A DNA stretch of 54,478 nucleotides from Chromera velia (taxonomy: Eukaryota): contig JAHBMJ010000172.1 in assembly GCA_018398765.1 (NCBI GenBank), forward strand, positions 1 through 54,478. The letters run 5' to 3'. A program made the translations under genes and the position numbers. Under the pieces are notes generated by a model. It did no database searches, was not told where the DNA came from, and saw only the letters and a list, made by a program, of their open reading frames with translations. Positions 22,601 to 35,676 of this stretch are shown here, one piece after another; within the stretch, counting starts at the first letter, position 1; each line of letters opens with the position of its first letter.

Positions 22601-25600
22601 AAATGAAGCAAGGAAAGAAGAGAGAGTGAAGTAATAAGATGCCCCTTTCAAAATGATGTTGGGAGGCAGTGCACGTGTGAAGTGAAGGAATGAGGGGAAA
22701 TTTACGAGAGGGAATAAGGAAGAAGGCAGAAAAAATCAGGCAGGCACTTTGAAAAGAAGAGCAGCCTTTCAAATTTCGGAACTGAGAAAGAATCATCGTG
22801 AGAGAACAAAAGCTCACGAACAGAGAGGCGTCACGGAAGACAGCCAGATGAATAGTCAGCACACTAAGGCAGTAAGAGAGGTTTGAAGAAATCGGACTGT
22901 TGAAAGAAATGCTTCTCCTGTATTTATCTCTTCTTCCTTTCCACCCAGATGTCTCCCATGATCCCCCCCACCCTCGCCCTAGAGCAGATAAATTGACTGA
23001 CTGACTCACTCCTCGCATCTCTATTCTGAACCAGCTGCCTTGCGGCGTCCCTTTCCCCGATGGCCGTATTCTTCTCCCCAATCTCCCTGTCCCTCTCCCC
23101 CTCCACCCCTCTTTTCTCCTCAATTGCCCGCTCCCTCTCATCCCTCAGGGCCTGCTTGGCGGCTTCCACTGGACACACGTGTATACATAGAGGGGTGCAG
23201 AAAGAGAAATAAACGTGCATGCAAACACGAGGAAGACAAGCTCGAGATGCTCGGGGAGAAAAAAAGTATGGAGGAAAAGCAGACAGACCGAACACCTAAG
23301 AAGAAAGCAAGCGAGCACGGAGAAGAGAGACAATTTTTGCAACAGGACATCGAAAAGGCAGCTCAAATACAGAAAACAAAGAAAGCAAATCACACGGCCG
23401 CAAAGGTAGGGTCCAATCCCAAACCAAAGCATCCATGCAGATGAAATGTTGCACCTTTTTATCAGCCACGCAGCAAGCAGGCTGTGTGAAGAGCCACAGC
23501 ACCGAACCTATGAAGCAAGCAATCAAGCGGACTGACCAGCTTCAGGCTGCATCTGTGCAACTGCAGATCCGAACGGTTGCATGGGTGCATCAAAGGAGGG
23601 AGGGAGGAAGGGAAGGATAGAGTGAAAAAGCGCGCACACCTGAAAGCGCGTTGATGGAAGAAAGACAGAGACACGATGCAGAAAAACGAAAGAAGATGGC
23701 AGCAAAACTTTTTGAAACAGCTTCCATACTGGTAGGCGGGACTTGATCCTTTCCACCCGCCTGCCTGCTTCCTACCGAAATCACACATGGATTCTTTCCC
23801 CGCCTTAGTTCAAAACGAAACACCACTCTGCTCTTGCTCTTTGTCAACACTCAGCTAACGGTCACACGACTCCTTCCTCCCCTCCCACCCCACTCCTGTG
23901 TCTCGCGACTGACGCTGGGCTGCCAGTCGGGCTTGACTCTGTTCGAGTTGGTCGCCTGCAGTTTTGGCATCAGGTATGTGTGTGCGTACAAGAGGAAGGA
24001 AACACAGGAAAGAAAGCAGAGAGAGTCCTGCTCTCTCTCTCTCTCTCTCTCTTGCGTGAGAGTGTGTGTGAGAGAAACACGCAGAGCAAAAAGCAAGCCC
24101 CCTCCCCCCCCTCTCTCATGTGGAAGAAGGGCCTGGAGGGACACGAGGCAGAGAAGCAAAGAGCCAACGAACGTTCGAAAAGAAAAGACTGGCTGAGTGC
24201 ATTCGACTGACGCTGTTCTCGAAGAGTCTGGAGGGCTTTGGCTGCACACAGACGGACAGAGAGAAGTTCATTTTTCCTCTCTTTGTTTTTTTCTGTGCAG
24301 GCACACACAGGCAGACGAAGAACGCGAAAGGAATCAGAATGGTGCAAGAAGCGAAGAATGGAAGAAGGAAAAACGCAGGAGAAGCGAAAAACACCATAAA
24401 AATACAGGAAGGGAAAATGGAAGGAATAGAAAAACGAAAACGGAGAGAACGTCAATTTATTGCTACATGGACACTACTGGGCGGACGCGCCCCCATCCCC
24501 CACCTGCTCGCAACAGCCAACAGCACGAGAAAGAAACCGAGCGGAGCGTCGCTGAGGGAGAGTTGAGAAAGCGAGCGGCAGGTTGAGAGAGAAGCAAGCT
24601 GAGGAAGAAAAATGAAGTCAGAATTCCTTCTTGCCGCAAACCTTCCTTCCCCCCTCCCCCCCCCCCCCCCCCCCCCCCCCCCTCCTCCCCGCCGACCGTT
24701 CTCCTCCAGTTCCCTCCGGAGCCCCGCGATGGTCGTGTCTCTCTCTGCGACGATGCGTTCCTGCGCCGCGACTGCACACACACACGCACACACACGCACA
24801 CACACACACATTAAAGTAAAGTAAGATTGTCCCTTTTTGCCTCCGTCGATCGTTCCCTTTTTGTCCTGTTTTCCTTTCATTCTTCGCCTTTTTTTTCAGA
24901 AACGAAAAGACGAAGAAAGAACACCGTGAAAAAAGGTTCTTTCTTGTCTTTAATCATTTTCCCGTTTTTTTCGTCCTCGAGACTGAAGCACGAACCGCGT
25001 TACTCAATTTGGTCTTCCAGCCTTCCTCTCAAGAAAAAAACAAGCACAAAAAAACGGAGAAGAAAAAACCGTCTTTCGGTTGCGATAGAGCGACTGAACA
25101 GAAGCACGTGTCTGCTGTTTCTTCACTCTTCGCATCCGTATTTTTTCACGCAACTTCGGTTGTGCGCTCCCCCATACTCACCGTCCTCTCGGGCTTGATC
25201 GCGGTCCCGTTCTGCCTGCTCGACTGCAGGGCAGAGAGAGCGGAACAGGGAGAGAGGAAGGGAGGGAGGGAACACCAAAAGAGAAAAGTCTGCCTAGGCA
25301 AATGTCAACGAAAAGAAAAACTGTTTTTATCCGGCCGTCGCTTTGCCGACATCATTCTTCCTCTACAGCTGGAGGTATAAACGGATGATGCAGGACTGCG
25401 GAGGCAAGAGAGAAGAAGACAAGGGAACACAGCAAAGTGATGGGTGACGTCTTGCTTTCCTGTTTCATCCTTCGCCGCAGAGAAGTCAGAAAGACAAACA
25501 AAACAGGCAAAAACAGAAAAAAGAGAAGAAAACAGACTGAGCCTGCGCAGAAAGAAGAAGAACACACGTGACCGACTGACGGTCTTCTCGGAGGGTGCGA

Positions 25601-26427
25601 AGATCCTCGTCTGCACGCAGAAATAAAGAAATAAATAAAGAAAGAAGGAAGGAAAGAAAGAAAGAAAGAAAGAACGAAAGAAAACGACAGACAAGAAAAA
25701 CACTCACATGATGGAAGAGCGATACGGACACAAACATAACCCAGAAACGAAGAAAGAAAGACCCAACCCGCCCACCCACCCATCGCTCACTCACCCATTC
25801 ACTCACTCACGCACCCTCTCTCTCTCTCTTTTTCTCACCCTCACCCACCCACCCATTTCCTCCCTCACCCGCTCTCACTCTCTCCCCCACCCAACCATTT
25901 ACTGACTCGACCCCTCTTTCTTTCTCTGTCACTCACTCACTCACTCACTCACTCACTCACTCACTCACGCGCTCACCTCTCTCCCCGAGAGTCCTTTTGG
26001 TCTCTGTGTCTGCAGGAGGACGGCAAGAAAGAAATACAAAAATTGCATCATGCGACAAGCACAACCAACAAGGAGGAAGCAATTCGGATCGAAGGCAGCG
26101 GAAGACGACAGCTTCTTGCAAGGTGTTACTCAGAGCTTTTACCCGTCTCCAACAAAGTGCAAGGAGGGAGAAAACGGACGAAAGGCACTGCTGTGTGTTC
26201 AGAAACTACACCCACAATCGAGATGTACACGGACGCAGAAAAGAACAAGCAGTCATGCCACTGCACAAAGCAGGCGAAAAATGGCAAGGGAGAAGCTGTT
26301 TAATGCAACATGCAAGTAGCTAAGGACTCAAAAGAGGAAGACAGGTCCTACAAACGCACGGTTGTCTTTCTCGGTTTTCAGTTCGTCCTTCAGGCGCTTT
26401 GCTGCACGCACACACACACACGCACAC

Positions 26428-26469
<42 letters not shown>

Positions 26470-29130
26470 AGAGTGTGGGATTGTACGCTTCCAGCATGCA
26501 GAGATGCACGCACATACAAAAAGGCATACGCACACAGATACACAGGCGAAGATTCGGGATTCGATTCAACTTGCTAACACAAACAAAAGGGAGGAGTGAA
26601 TGAAGGAAGAAAATACCTCGCTCGGGTTTTCTTTCTGCCCTTTCTGAACCCTCCCCAGAGCTCTTTTTCCTCTCATACGGTCATCAAGGGAAGAGAGGAT
26701 GAGCACAAGGAGGGAAAGTAACGGAAAGCAAAGCAGAAAGAGAAAAGGGAAGAAGAAAAAAACTGCAAAAGGTTGCGTGCGCACTGAGAGAGGCCGTATG
26801 CAGGAAGGAAGAGTGGAACAGGCAGGCACCAATCAATATCCCAATCTTCTTTCTTTCTTTTGTGCTGAAAGAGGACTTGCCTTCGTCGTGCCACTCTTGC
26901 ATGCGCACAGCGTATTGTCCGACTGCAAACAGGATCGCAGAGGCACCGAAAGAGAACGGAATTAAAATCGGGAAATGGAGGGAGGAGGTCGTTCGCTGAT
27001 TCTTGGCAATGCATGCGTCCGTGCATGCCTCTCTGGCCAATCCTCGGAGTGTGTGCGGCTTTCGTGGGGGAAAGAGGGAAAAATCCGCGTGGTTCCGTGC
27101 AAGGGCCGGTGTGATCTCCTTCTCCCTCCTCTATAAAATATGTTCCGCTACAACTATCAGTCTCATGAAGTCAGGAAGGAGTATAGGCTGAAGAGAAGAG
27201 AAGAGAAGAGACGAAAGACCCTTGCAAGGCCCAGGAAGGAAGAAAAGAATAAGACAGGTCTGGGGAGGGGGGTGAAGGGAGAGAAGCAAATTCAGTGCTG
27301 GCGGTGCTCCAACTGGCTGTCTGTCGAAAAAGATCCACGCGCCCATTCCCCAACCCTCAACCGACGTCTCTCCTCTAGCTCCTTAGCTTGCCTCCCCCTC
27401 CTGACGCTCTCTGCCTCCGCCCGTTCTCTCTGGTCCTTCTCTGAAACGAAACGCACGTTCATTCATTCATTCATCCAAATATATGTAATAGCAATTTTAA
27501 TTCAATTCAATTCAACACTGCGATGAGTTTCGCACCATGTCAACTGTCGTTGTTCTCGGTCGAACTGAAAGGAAACGAAATCAAATGGAAGCGAACCGAG
27601 GAAGGGAAGGGCAGAAAAGAAAGTCGAACCAGGACACGTACGCTCGAAGGAAGCAGAACGAGCGAGATGGGCAGAAGGAAGAGAGGGCGGGAGGAGACGG
27701 ACCGGAAGACCGAGCGAGAAACAAAGAAAGAAAAGGGAGGAGGAGACAGACAGGGAGTCGAGACTCAACCGACTTACCTGCATCGAGATAGTAGCGCATG
27801 TCTCGGATCTTCTGCTTCAACCATTGCTCTGCAGACAATTGATGTGAAGCGAAAGAGCAGGAACGTTCTCCTTACTCACTTCTGATATGTGTCCCTTCTC
27901 TTTCTTCTTCCTTCGCTCCTTCCTATAGATTGCTCCGTTGATGCGAGCTCCGCGGCCTCTGCTTCTTCGGCACGCAACAGACGGCAGACGGGAAGAAAAG
28001 GGGACAACTTCAACAGCACGATGAAACAAGTCCTGGATGATGAGGGGTGCTCTGAGGTTCCATTATTACCCCCCGAAAGGTTGAGGGTGAAATCAGACAG
28101 ACACCGAAGAACAGAGGGGGCTTGCAATGCTCGTCAGGGCGAGTTGGGAGAGATGTATTCTCTTCTCGGTCAGACAATCACCCTGATTGACACACTGACT
28201 GACCGTTCTGTCCTCGTTGCTGGATATTTGCGTGTAGTTGTGTCTGTAGGATGACGGCGTTGACTGTAGTCCGGCAACAGAGAAAATGAAAGAGCGGAGG
28301 GATAAAATAAAAATACTGAATGAGTTGGCAGCATGCAGATTGCGCAGTTCAGGCACAATGGCAGGAATCGGAGGGAGAAGGGAGAGTTGGACTATTCGTG
28401 CCCTCCTCAAATCTCTTGCAGGATCTCCCTGCGAGACAATCAGGGCGCGGAAAGCAGAAACAGATACGTCGAGCAAGAAAAAGGCAAGGCGGGAAAACAA
28501 AATGACAAGAAAAAGCAGGAATGGTGTTCATTCACTTCATACATATTTCTTGACCCGTCCCCGCTGAGAGTGACTTCCTCCCCCCCAGGCTTACTAATGG
28601 TTTGCTCCTTCGCCAAAAACTCCCTTCTCAGCTCCGCAATCTTCTTTTCCCTGATCAGCAAAGCCTTTTTGTGCGGGTCTTCTTCCCTGAGGATCTCCGG
28701 ATCGTTCATCTCTCTCTGTGCCAGTATGAACGCCCGCACGTCGAACCTTCTGTCGATGTATACAAACAGCTCTGGGTCCGGCATCACGCTGTGGGTTACC
28801 TTTCTGGGAGTCTCGGCCCGCGTAGGGATGGCTGCACCTCCCCCCCCCCCTCCCGCAGCCGCTGCCCCAACCTGGTTCGCAGGCGGCACGAACTTCATGT
28901 TGTACAGCTTTAGTACTTCTGCATTCGCGCAAAACAAAAAGGGTCAAGCACTGACAGGCAGCAGAGAAAGCAGAAGGATGCAAACCCAACTTACCACTTT
29001 GGCTAACCACTGTCCTCAAGTTTTCACCCGGTGAAAGTTCTCGACCCACTCCACCTTGATGTCTGGCCACGTCCACATCAGGCGGTAAGTCTGTATTGGG
29101 AAACGGAAGCCCTGCAAGATCGTCTGCCAT
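19626..29130 (-). CDS. Large multi-exon coiled-coil protein with low-complexity K/E/G-rich C-terminus; function unknown
   Basis: ATG at 29130 ([11 protein letters not shown]). A series of GT-AG-bounded E/R/K/A-rich exons follows (about 28595-28918, 28204-28263, 27778-27828, 27354-27440, 25181-25222, 24700-24771, 23010-23168, 21878-22535, 20350-21067, 19626-19814). Some small exons are uncertain and this could be two genes. Confidence 0.7.
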
Positions 29131-30172
29131 TTTCAGTGTCGCCACTTTCGACAGCAGACTTCTCTGCAAAAAGAGTGAAAGAAGTGAAAAAGCTCAGTCA
29201 GATCGATCGGTCCGGTCTACCGAGAAAGAAATTTACGGTTACAGTCACGGGCCAAGGCCCAGCTCGCCAGATAACTTCGGTCGCTTACAGAAGTCTGGAT
29301 TCGACTCGCTTTCATCAGTCAAACGATGTGTCTCCCTGGCGCTGGAAGTAAGAGGAAAGAAAACTGCTTGGACATATGATCGAGGGGTGATGAGGGCCAG
29401 ATCATTGTAATGTGCTCCCAGAGAGCATGCCGTGGCCCCCAAAAGTTCATGCATGAACTATTCCGTTGCATGGCCGGATGGTATCTGCATGACTGCATGC
29501 ATGGTGACGGCCGTTGGCCGGCTTCACCTAGCTTCACCAACGATCACCAACACCGCAGCCACGTAAACCTCTATTAATAAATATTTTGATTTTAAAACTT
29601 TAAGAAGGAAAAGCGCCGATAAAGCATTGATATCTTTTCTAGTATTCTTTAACCTTTCAATGTAGCAATGGGGCGCACTTTTACCGTTCGCAGGGGTGAC
29701 TTCTGGTAGAACGGTGACAGTGCTCTACCTTAGGGCACTAATTAAATCACTATCACTAATATGCTTCACTATCACACAATGTAGAAGTATGTATAAGAAA
29801 AAACTTTTAAAATATATGTTTTAAAGTTAATTTTCAAAATTATATTTTAGAATATTTTAGAATGCACGGTATAAAACCAGAATAGTCTAAACGATCTTTT
29901 TGTGATTGATTCTTTGTATACAAACAAGAAGGGAAAAAAAAAAGGGGGGGGGGGTAAGCGTATAAAAGGAAAGGAAGAAAAGAAGGTTGAGAAAATAAGG
30001 GGCAAATTAATGGGGAGGGTCTCTTTGAAGTTGTTTTCCGCTGTCAAAGGGTAACCTTTGCCAAGGGGACAAACTTTTGGAAAGTTTTTGCCCTGCCTCT
30101 CCCCTCTTTTCGTTATTCTCCGAGTCCTACTCTACCGCCGCTTGAGAAATAAGCCACAGTAAAAGTGATCAA

Positions 30173-30393
30173 AGCAGAAAGAGCTAGCGCTCTAGACATG
30201 ATCGACATGAAGATCTACTTCTTACGCGAAACCTCTGGCAGTTGCCCAGAGTAGTCTTTGCTTGCTTTTGTGTCTTACATTGACCACGAATGCATGAACG
30301 TCAATTTGAATTATCTCAAACATGCTTTTGCATACATGCATTTTATTTCTGCACGTTTACAAACATTCGCGCGTGCATTGTGCCGTTCTGATT
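30173..30393 (-). repeat. 3' LTR of copia element
   Basis: Aligns without gaps to 36881-37101 with 15 mismatches. Confidence 0.93.
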
Positions 30394-30481
30394 CACCCCC
30401 CGAGCAGGCGAGCAAGTGAATCTTTTGATAGATCACAGGCTTGATCGATACTGCTTGAATCGAGCGAAACTACGAGTTGTT

Positions 30482-33400
30482 TCATTTATAGATTGATTTC
30501 GTGAACCAGATGGGTTTGCACAGACAATTTGCTGGCTGTGCACGTCTTGTGGTCCACTGTATACGCACCTCCTACTTCTAGATCTGCTGAAGGACGTAAT
30601 CGAGCATCCCCTGATACTTGGTGTCTGTGTCCAAAATCCCTGATCTGACCCAATCATGTAGTGCCCCGTTGTCGACAAAGATCGAAATGATCGGATCTCT
30701 CCCCCACAACTTTCGAATGAATCGTGCACACCTTGGGATACGTTTGATCAGACGACAGACGGCAATCAACTCACCAATTGATGATGAGCTGTGCTTGCTT
30801 TTATCCTTGGATAGGTCCTACGAGATGACATTCTTGGGCCTATCTCGTTCTAGATCCCACGACTCATCATTGAGTATCATCAATGATATGTCCCCCTGCC
30901 TGCCTTCGTACTTCGGGCGGTTCTACATGGTATTGGAACAGCCGGCGAGATAGAGTTCTCTTCCCTTCAAGCCATGAAAGACAAGGGGCTCTCTATAGGT
31001 TTTTAACCCGTGTATGGCTGTCTTGACTGCTGAGAGATGGCGGGCGGTGGGTTTGGTGGTTGCTTTGCTGAGGGGGGAAAACCAGAGTGCTCTTCTCCAG
31101 TTGAGACGAACAGCCCATCCCAACACACCATTTACCTCCTGATAGACCCCCTGTAGGGACATGTCCACATCTTGCTCCTCAGCTGGAGCGACATCTTTTT
31201 CGGACAGGGATTTCTTTAGTTTCTCCGGAATTGCATCGACGTCAATGCCTTCGAGGTAACTCTCGGACGTGAGTTCGAAGGTGTGTGCATCGGGACGGTA
31301 CATGTCTATCCCAATGTACTTTGCCTTGGACCCCACATTCACTTTTATTCGGGAACCGATCTTGAATTTCTCCCCTAACACATCGAACGCCTACTCCGTT
31401 CTCTCCCCTGCCCCGAAAATGTCGTCCACATGCGTGGCTTGCACATCCTGTGCGGGTTCGTCTTCCACCTCCCTTCTGATTGCGATTGACTGCTCAACAG
31501 GAACAAACCCCAGCTCCTCCTGCCCTCTCCTCTATTCCTTCCTCCACAGTGCGGGTACTGCAAGGGTACCGTAGAGGGCATTGCTGAGTTTGTAGATCTG
31601 ACCTGGGACCACTCTCTCTGCCTCTTTCCTTATCTCTCCCCACTCGGCATCGCAGTACTCAGTGAGAAAGGAAGGCTTCTGTGCAGGCATGGTGGGAATG
31701 CTCTTCGGAATGCGTACCCCCACGCGCTCTACGTAGTCGTCGGGGGACTGGAGGAATGCATTCTTGATATCTACCAACTCCACCTCAAACCCCCGAGTGG
31801 CAACATACAAGAGGGTGAGAAGAAAGCAGTTACGGTTGGAAGTGTCACTGAATGTGTCCACCTTCCTCAGGTTATCACACCCTGCAACATAAATGTGCGT
31901 CTTCTTCTTTCTACCCCCGGGTCCCTTGCTTACATCTTCTTTATGGTTAAACTTTCTGGCAAAACCCATGTTGAGCACGGCAGCGAGCTCAAGGTGTGAC
32001 CGGCGCTTTCCAATCGTCTTTGTGTGAAGGATGGCTGCCCACTCTTTAACGTCAACCTCCCAAAATTCCCCTCTTGCGATCTCCTCTCTGCTGGCAGGAA
32101 GCATGGTTGCTCCCTTTCGGAAGCTAGCCAGAGCAAGAAACGGAGCGTCTCCTCTAAATTCCTCTGAGTATCTACGGACATCAGAGTCCCACTACAGCAT
32201 GCGATGGCTGTATGGGATCTTTGTGGGAGGAAACGGACGATTAGATTGCGTTTGAGGTAAGGTACTACTAGGCTGCCCCTGCTTTACGATCAGCATAGCA
32301 CCACCTTCCTCTTGAACCTGCCCTTCCTCTGCTTTTATCTCCAAAGCTCTGTCTCCAAACAGTTCCTCCTTCACTCTCCCCTACTCCTCTTCTTCTTGAT
32401 TCACCCCCGACAGCTGAGCAGCCGCGTCTGCAGAGGCGGATGGAGGGATGACCGCAGGCACGGCCTCGGGAGAGACAACGGGAGACACGGCTGCGTTGGC
32501 CGTCTCCGGAGCAGATGGAAAGGGCTGTCCCTCGGACCACTGAAAGCGGGAGACAACGAGTCGGTGGTTGATGTTGTTGTGACGCATACCCCCGACTTTA
32601 GCTTCTCCAGCTGGCGTCTGGTCGAATTCATTGACCTGCATGCTTCTGTTGTTTTCTTGTCGAATAATGAAAGGCTGCAATGCCCCCCCTCTGCCTGTTT
32701 GAGCCCAGATACCGCTGTACTTTTGCGCCTCCACCCCTTCTCCATTGCCGTCTCCCTTAACCCTTCCTCGGACTTCCAACCCCGCAACACCCGGGCCATG
32801 CGCGGCGGCACCTCCGACCTCTTGCGGTCTGGACTGAGAAGGAATCGGAAACATGGACACAGAGCACAGGAACAGACCGTGGGGTATGGGTGGTGCCTGC
32901 TGCTGCTTCTGTGCTTGGATGTCCGACCAGTGACGAGCCTCTAGAACCTCTCACTTTTGTCGGCGCCCCAGCCATGACTTGTTCAGGCCTCGCCTGACCG
33001 GCTTCAGCCATGCTGGGTGGACTTCGAGCACAGTGTGGGTCTCTGTGCCCTTGCCCAAGACGTGTGCTCTGCGGAGAACAGTGGCAAGATAAGAATTTTC
33101 TTTGTGGAGATATGTGACCTCCACCCCTGCCAGCTCCAGGCTCTTCTCATTCATTTTCACCACAACCTGATCTCCAAACATGAACGTCCGCACAGGTGGG
33201 AAGCCCAAATATTTCTCTGCAGGAGTCATGCCAATCTGTTTGTTGTAGGTTTTATTCTAGGTCTCACAAATGCCATCGAGCACGTGCTTGTACAAGATCT
33301 TCGGCAGGTTTAGCTCTTCCAGTGCAGTCTGCACTAGAACTCGAGCTGACAGTATGCGGGTGGCGGTATCAATAATCCCATGTGGACCATAACAGTACGG

Positions 33401-34584
33401 TGGCGCTGGCACCATGGCGATGTGCCATTTCCTCCCCACTGCCCACAACTCCTGCACCTTGTCTGCCTCAATGGATTCAGGAAAGCTGCCGTAGCATGCC
33501 TTCCATCTGAGTAGGTGTGCACCCAGGTCGCCTTCCAACTTGTGGTTGGTGCCTGCCATCATGTCCTATTTGCCGGTGTAGTAGTCGAGCATGAAAGAGA
33601 CTGCGTACTCACCCCTCCCTCCCACGCCACCACTGTCATTAATGAACCAGTGGTCCCAGTAGACAACCTATCCGAACCGAGTGACTCGCGATCGGCGGTC
33701 GGGAACTGCATGGAGAGACGGAAAGATTGCATTTCTCCTTTCACAGACACGACAGTCAGCATAGACTTTTTGCCACGCTGCATGACTCATGCGAAGACCT
33801 TCTTCTTTTAGGGTCTCTTCTAACCTCTCCTTACCTTGGTGCATAAGTCTTCTGTACCAAGTTATGCATGTCTCCTCATCGGCTTCCTTCAGTCGCTGGC
33901 TATGTCTGCTTGCGGACACAGCTGCTGCCAGTCTATGCACCCCTCCCAACTCCAAATGCTGAAATCGTTCGGTGTGCAACTGCACCATGAGAACAGCGAA
34001 TCTGTCATCCCCCCTGGGATAGTCAATTTTGACTTTCTTCCTTCTCCCCAAATGTCCTCAAACATGCAGTGGAAGTTGACTGCATCGGCTTTGTCGTTGT
34101 TCATCACTTTGGGGGATAGAAGAGAATGGACGGAGTCATCTTCAGACAGCCACATGTGGATCACGAGTGGCTTATCTGTGCGTTGCTGCCAGTTGTCTGG
34201 CTCCCCCTCCAGAAGTGTCACTGGGAGGGCAACTATGCACTCCATTTCGGTTTGTACAGCAAGGGCGTCTCTGTGGGCCTGTTCGAAATCTCGGGTGGAC
34301 GGCTTATGCACAATCACGTACCGTCCGAACATGCGGATGGAGTCTATGTTGTCTGTAGCACCTGTGTCGGCCACAAACTTATCGATCAGACTAGCGATCG
34401 GAGGAGACGGACGTTTCGTCTGTCCCGTGCATGTACCGACGGAGAGAAACGCCATGTCCGTGACCGTGATCCTGTCACACATATGGATTCCTTGCTCGGA
34501 TGACTCCTGTCCCCCTCCAACCTGGCCTGTATACCCTTGGGGCCCTCTCGGTCCGCTCTTCCCCGGCTGCTTGTTTTCTTCATC
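30482..34584 (-). pseudogene. Copia pol pseudogene (protease, integrase, RT, RNase H)
   Basis: PR: FVADTGATD. Pre-integrase: WYRRLMHQG and CRVC. IN: VYWD..FMLDYYTG. RT: VDIKNAFLQ, YKLSNALYG, HVDD, KYIGI. RNase H: NVIS*, SSIGELIA, IFVDN, QPANCLCKP. Twelve in-frame stops and one frameshift near 33900-34050. Confidence 0.92.
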
Positions 34585-34592
34585 CCTCTTTC

Positions 34593-35676
34593 ATAGGGGT
34601 GTAAAATCTCTTTTGGACGGGGGGGGGGGACCCCGTCGGCGGGGCATGCAGGAGCTTGCCCGACGGGGGGGCCCCGTCCTTCGGACGGGGCTGCAGAGCG
34701 CAAACGGGGGGGGGACCCGTCGGATCGAACNGGGGGGGGGGGCGCGCGGAGTTCGTGCGCGCGATTAGAATTAATTTTTCGAGTCTGTCACTGAATAATT
34801 CACCTGCCCTGCCATGCCCCGCCTTCTGTGAACAGTCGCTTTCTTGTATGGTTGTTCTGTTTTTTCTTGCCTTACACTGTTGCTGACTGTGATGCCCTCA
34901 TACCGCTGATTCTGCTGCTCAAGCCTGGACCCCATTGAGATCGCTGATCCGTTGCCAACCATTAATTTTTTCATTAATCCGTTCCCTCTGAAGTCCTTTT
35001 AAGATGCTGTAAAGATTCATATTTCAAAATGTTTTTTTCGGGATTCCCTCCAAAGCGGAGTGCGGACCATGCCGCCATGATAAGCAGGCCTGGCCTAAAC
35101 ACAAAGAGAAGCCGACCGGAGATGAAGGAAGATTGGGACCGTGCCATGAAATGGAACCCCGATCTTATTGAGGAAGTCCAAAGAGATGGGAGCACTGTTA
35201 TCGATCTGCACAAGCTGCTCTGCAAGCCCTGCAACAAAGTTCTATGCATGAACGACAAGCCACAACGACTGCCCTGATACACAAGGGCACATCGATCACC
35301 TAATATCTATATCATAAGTGTTTCTGCCTCTGCCATTCTTTGTTTGATGATAAATTAGAAAAAATTAGAAGCTGATTAATGACACCTCATTACAGAGTTG
35401 AATTTAATTGATACTGAAGTTAATTTTATTCAAGTTACAAAATGTTACAAGAAGATTTTAGCTAGAATTTCAGAAGTTTAAGTATGTTTTGAGTTAGAGC
35501 TCTGCGAACGGGGGGGTTTTGAGTTAGAGTTTAAGTATTATTATAGAGCTTTCCAAACGGGAGGGTCCCCGTTCACAGGGGTCTGATCTCCCTAAAGCTC
35601 GAACGGGGGGGACCCCGTCGGATCTGGAGTCCTAAGAGCTCGAACGCAGCCCCCCCCCCCGTTCTTACATCCCTAT
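34593..35676. mobile_element. 1084-bp non-autonomous hAT-like DNA transposon nested in copia gag-pol
   Basis: TIRs ATAGGGGTGTAA and TTACATCCCTAT (1 transition mismatch; compare the Ac TIR YAGGGATGAAA). 8-bp TSD CCTCTTTC at 34585-92 and 35677-84. Subterminal (A/G)(A/G)ACGGGG repeats at both ends. Removing it restores the gag-PR frame. Confidence 0.9.

Noticed and set aside
30482..34051. Genome-wide TAG reassignment
   Set aside because: Host exons contain no in-frame TAG and predicted genes end in TAG (19626, 49072). The stops are confined to the dead element.
33836..34768. 310-aa plus-strand ORF (and 32312-32944) as an antisense gene in the retrotransposon
   Set aside because: Shadow of the pol frame running into the nested element; no recognisable motifs.
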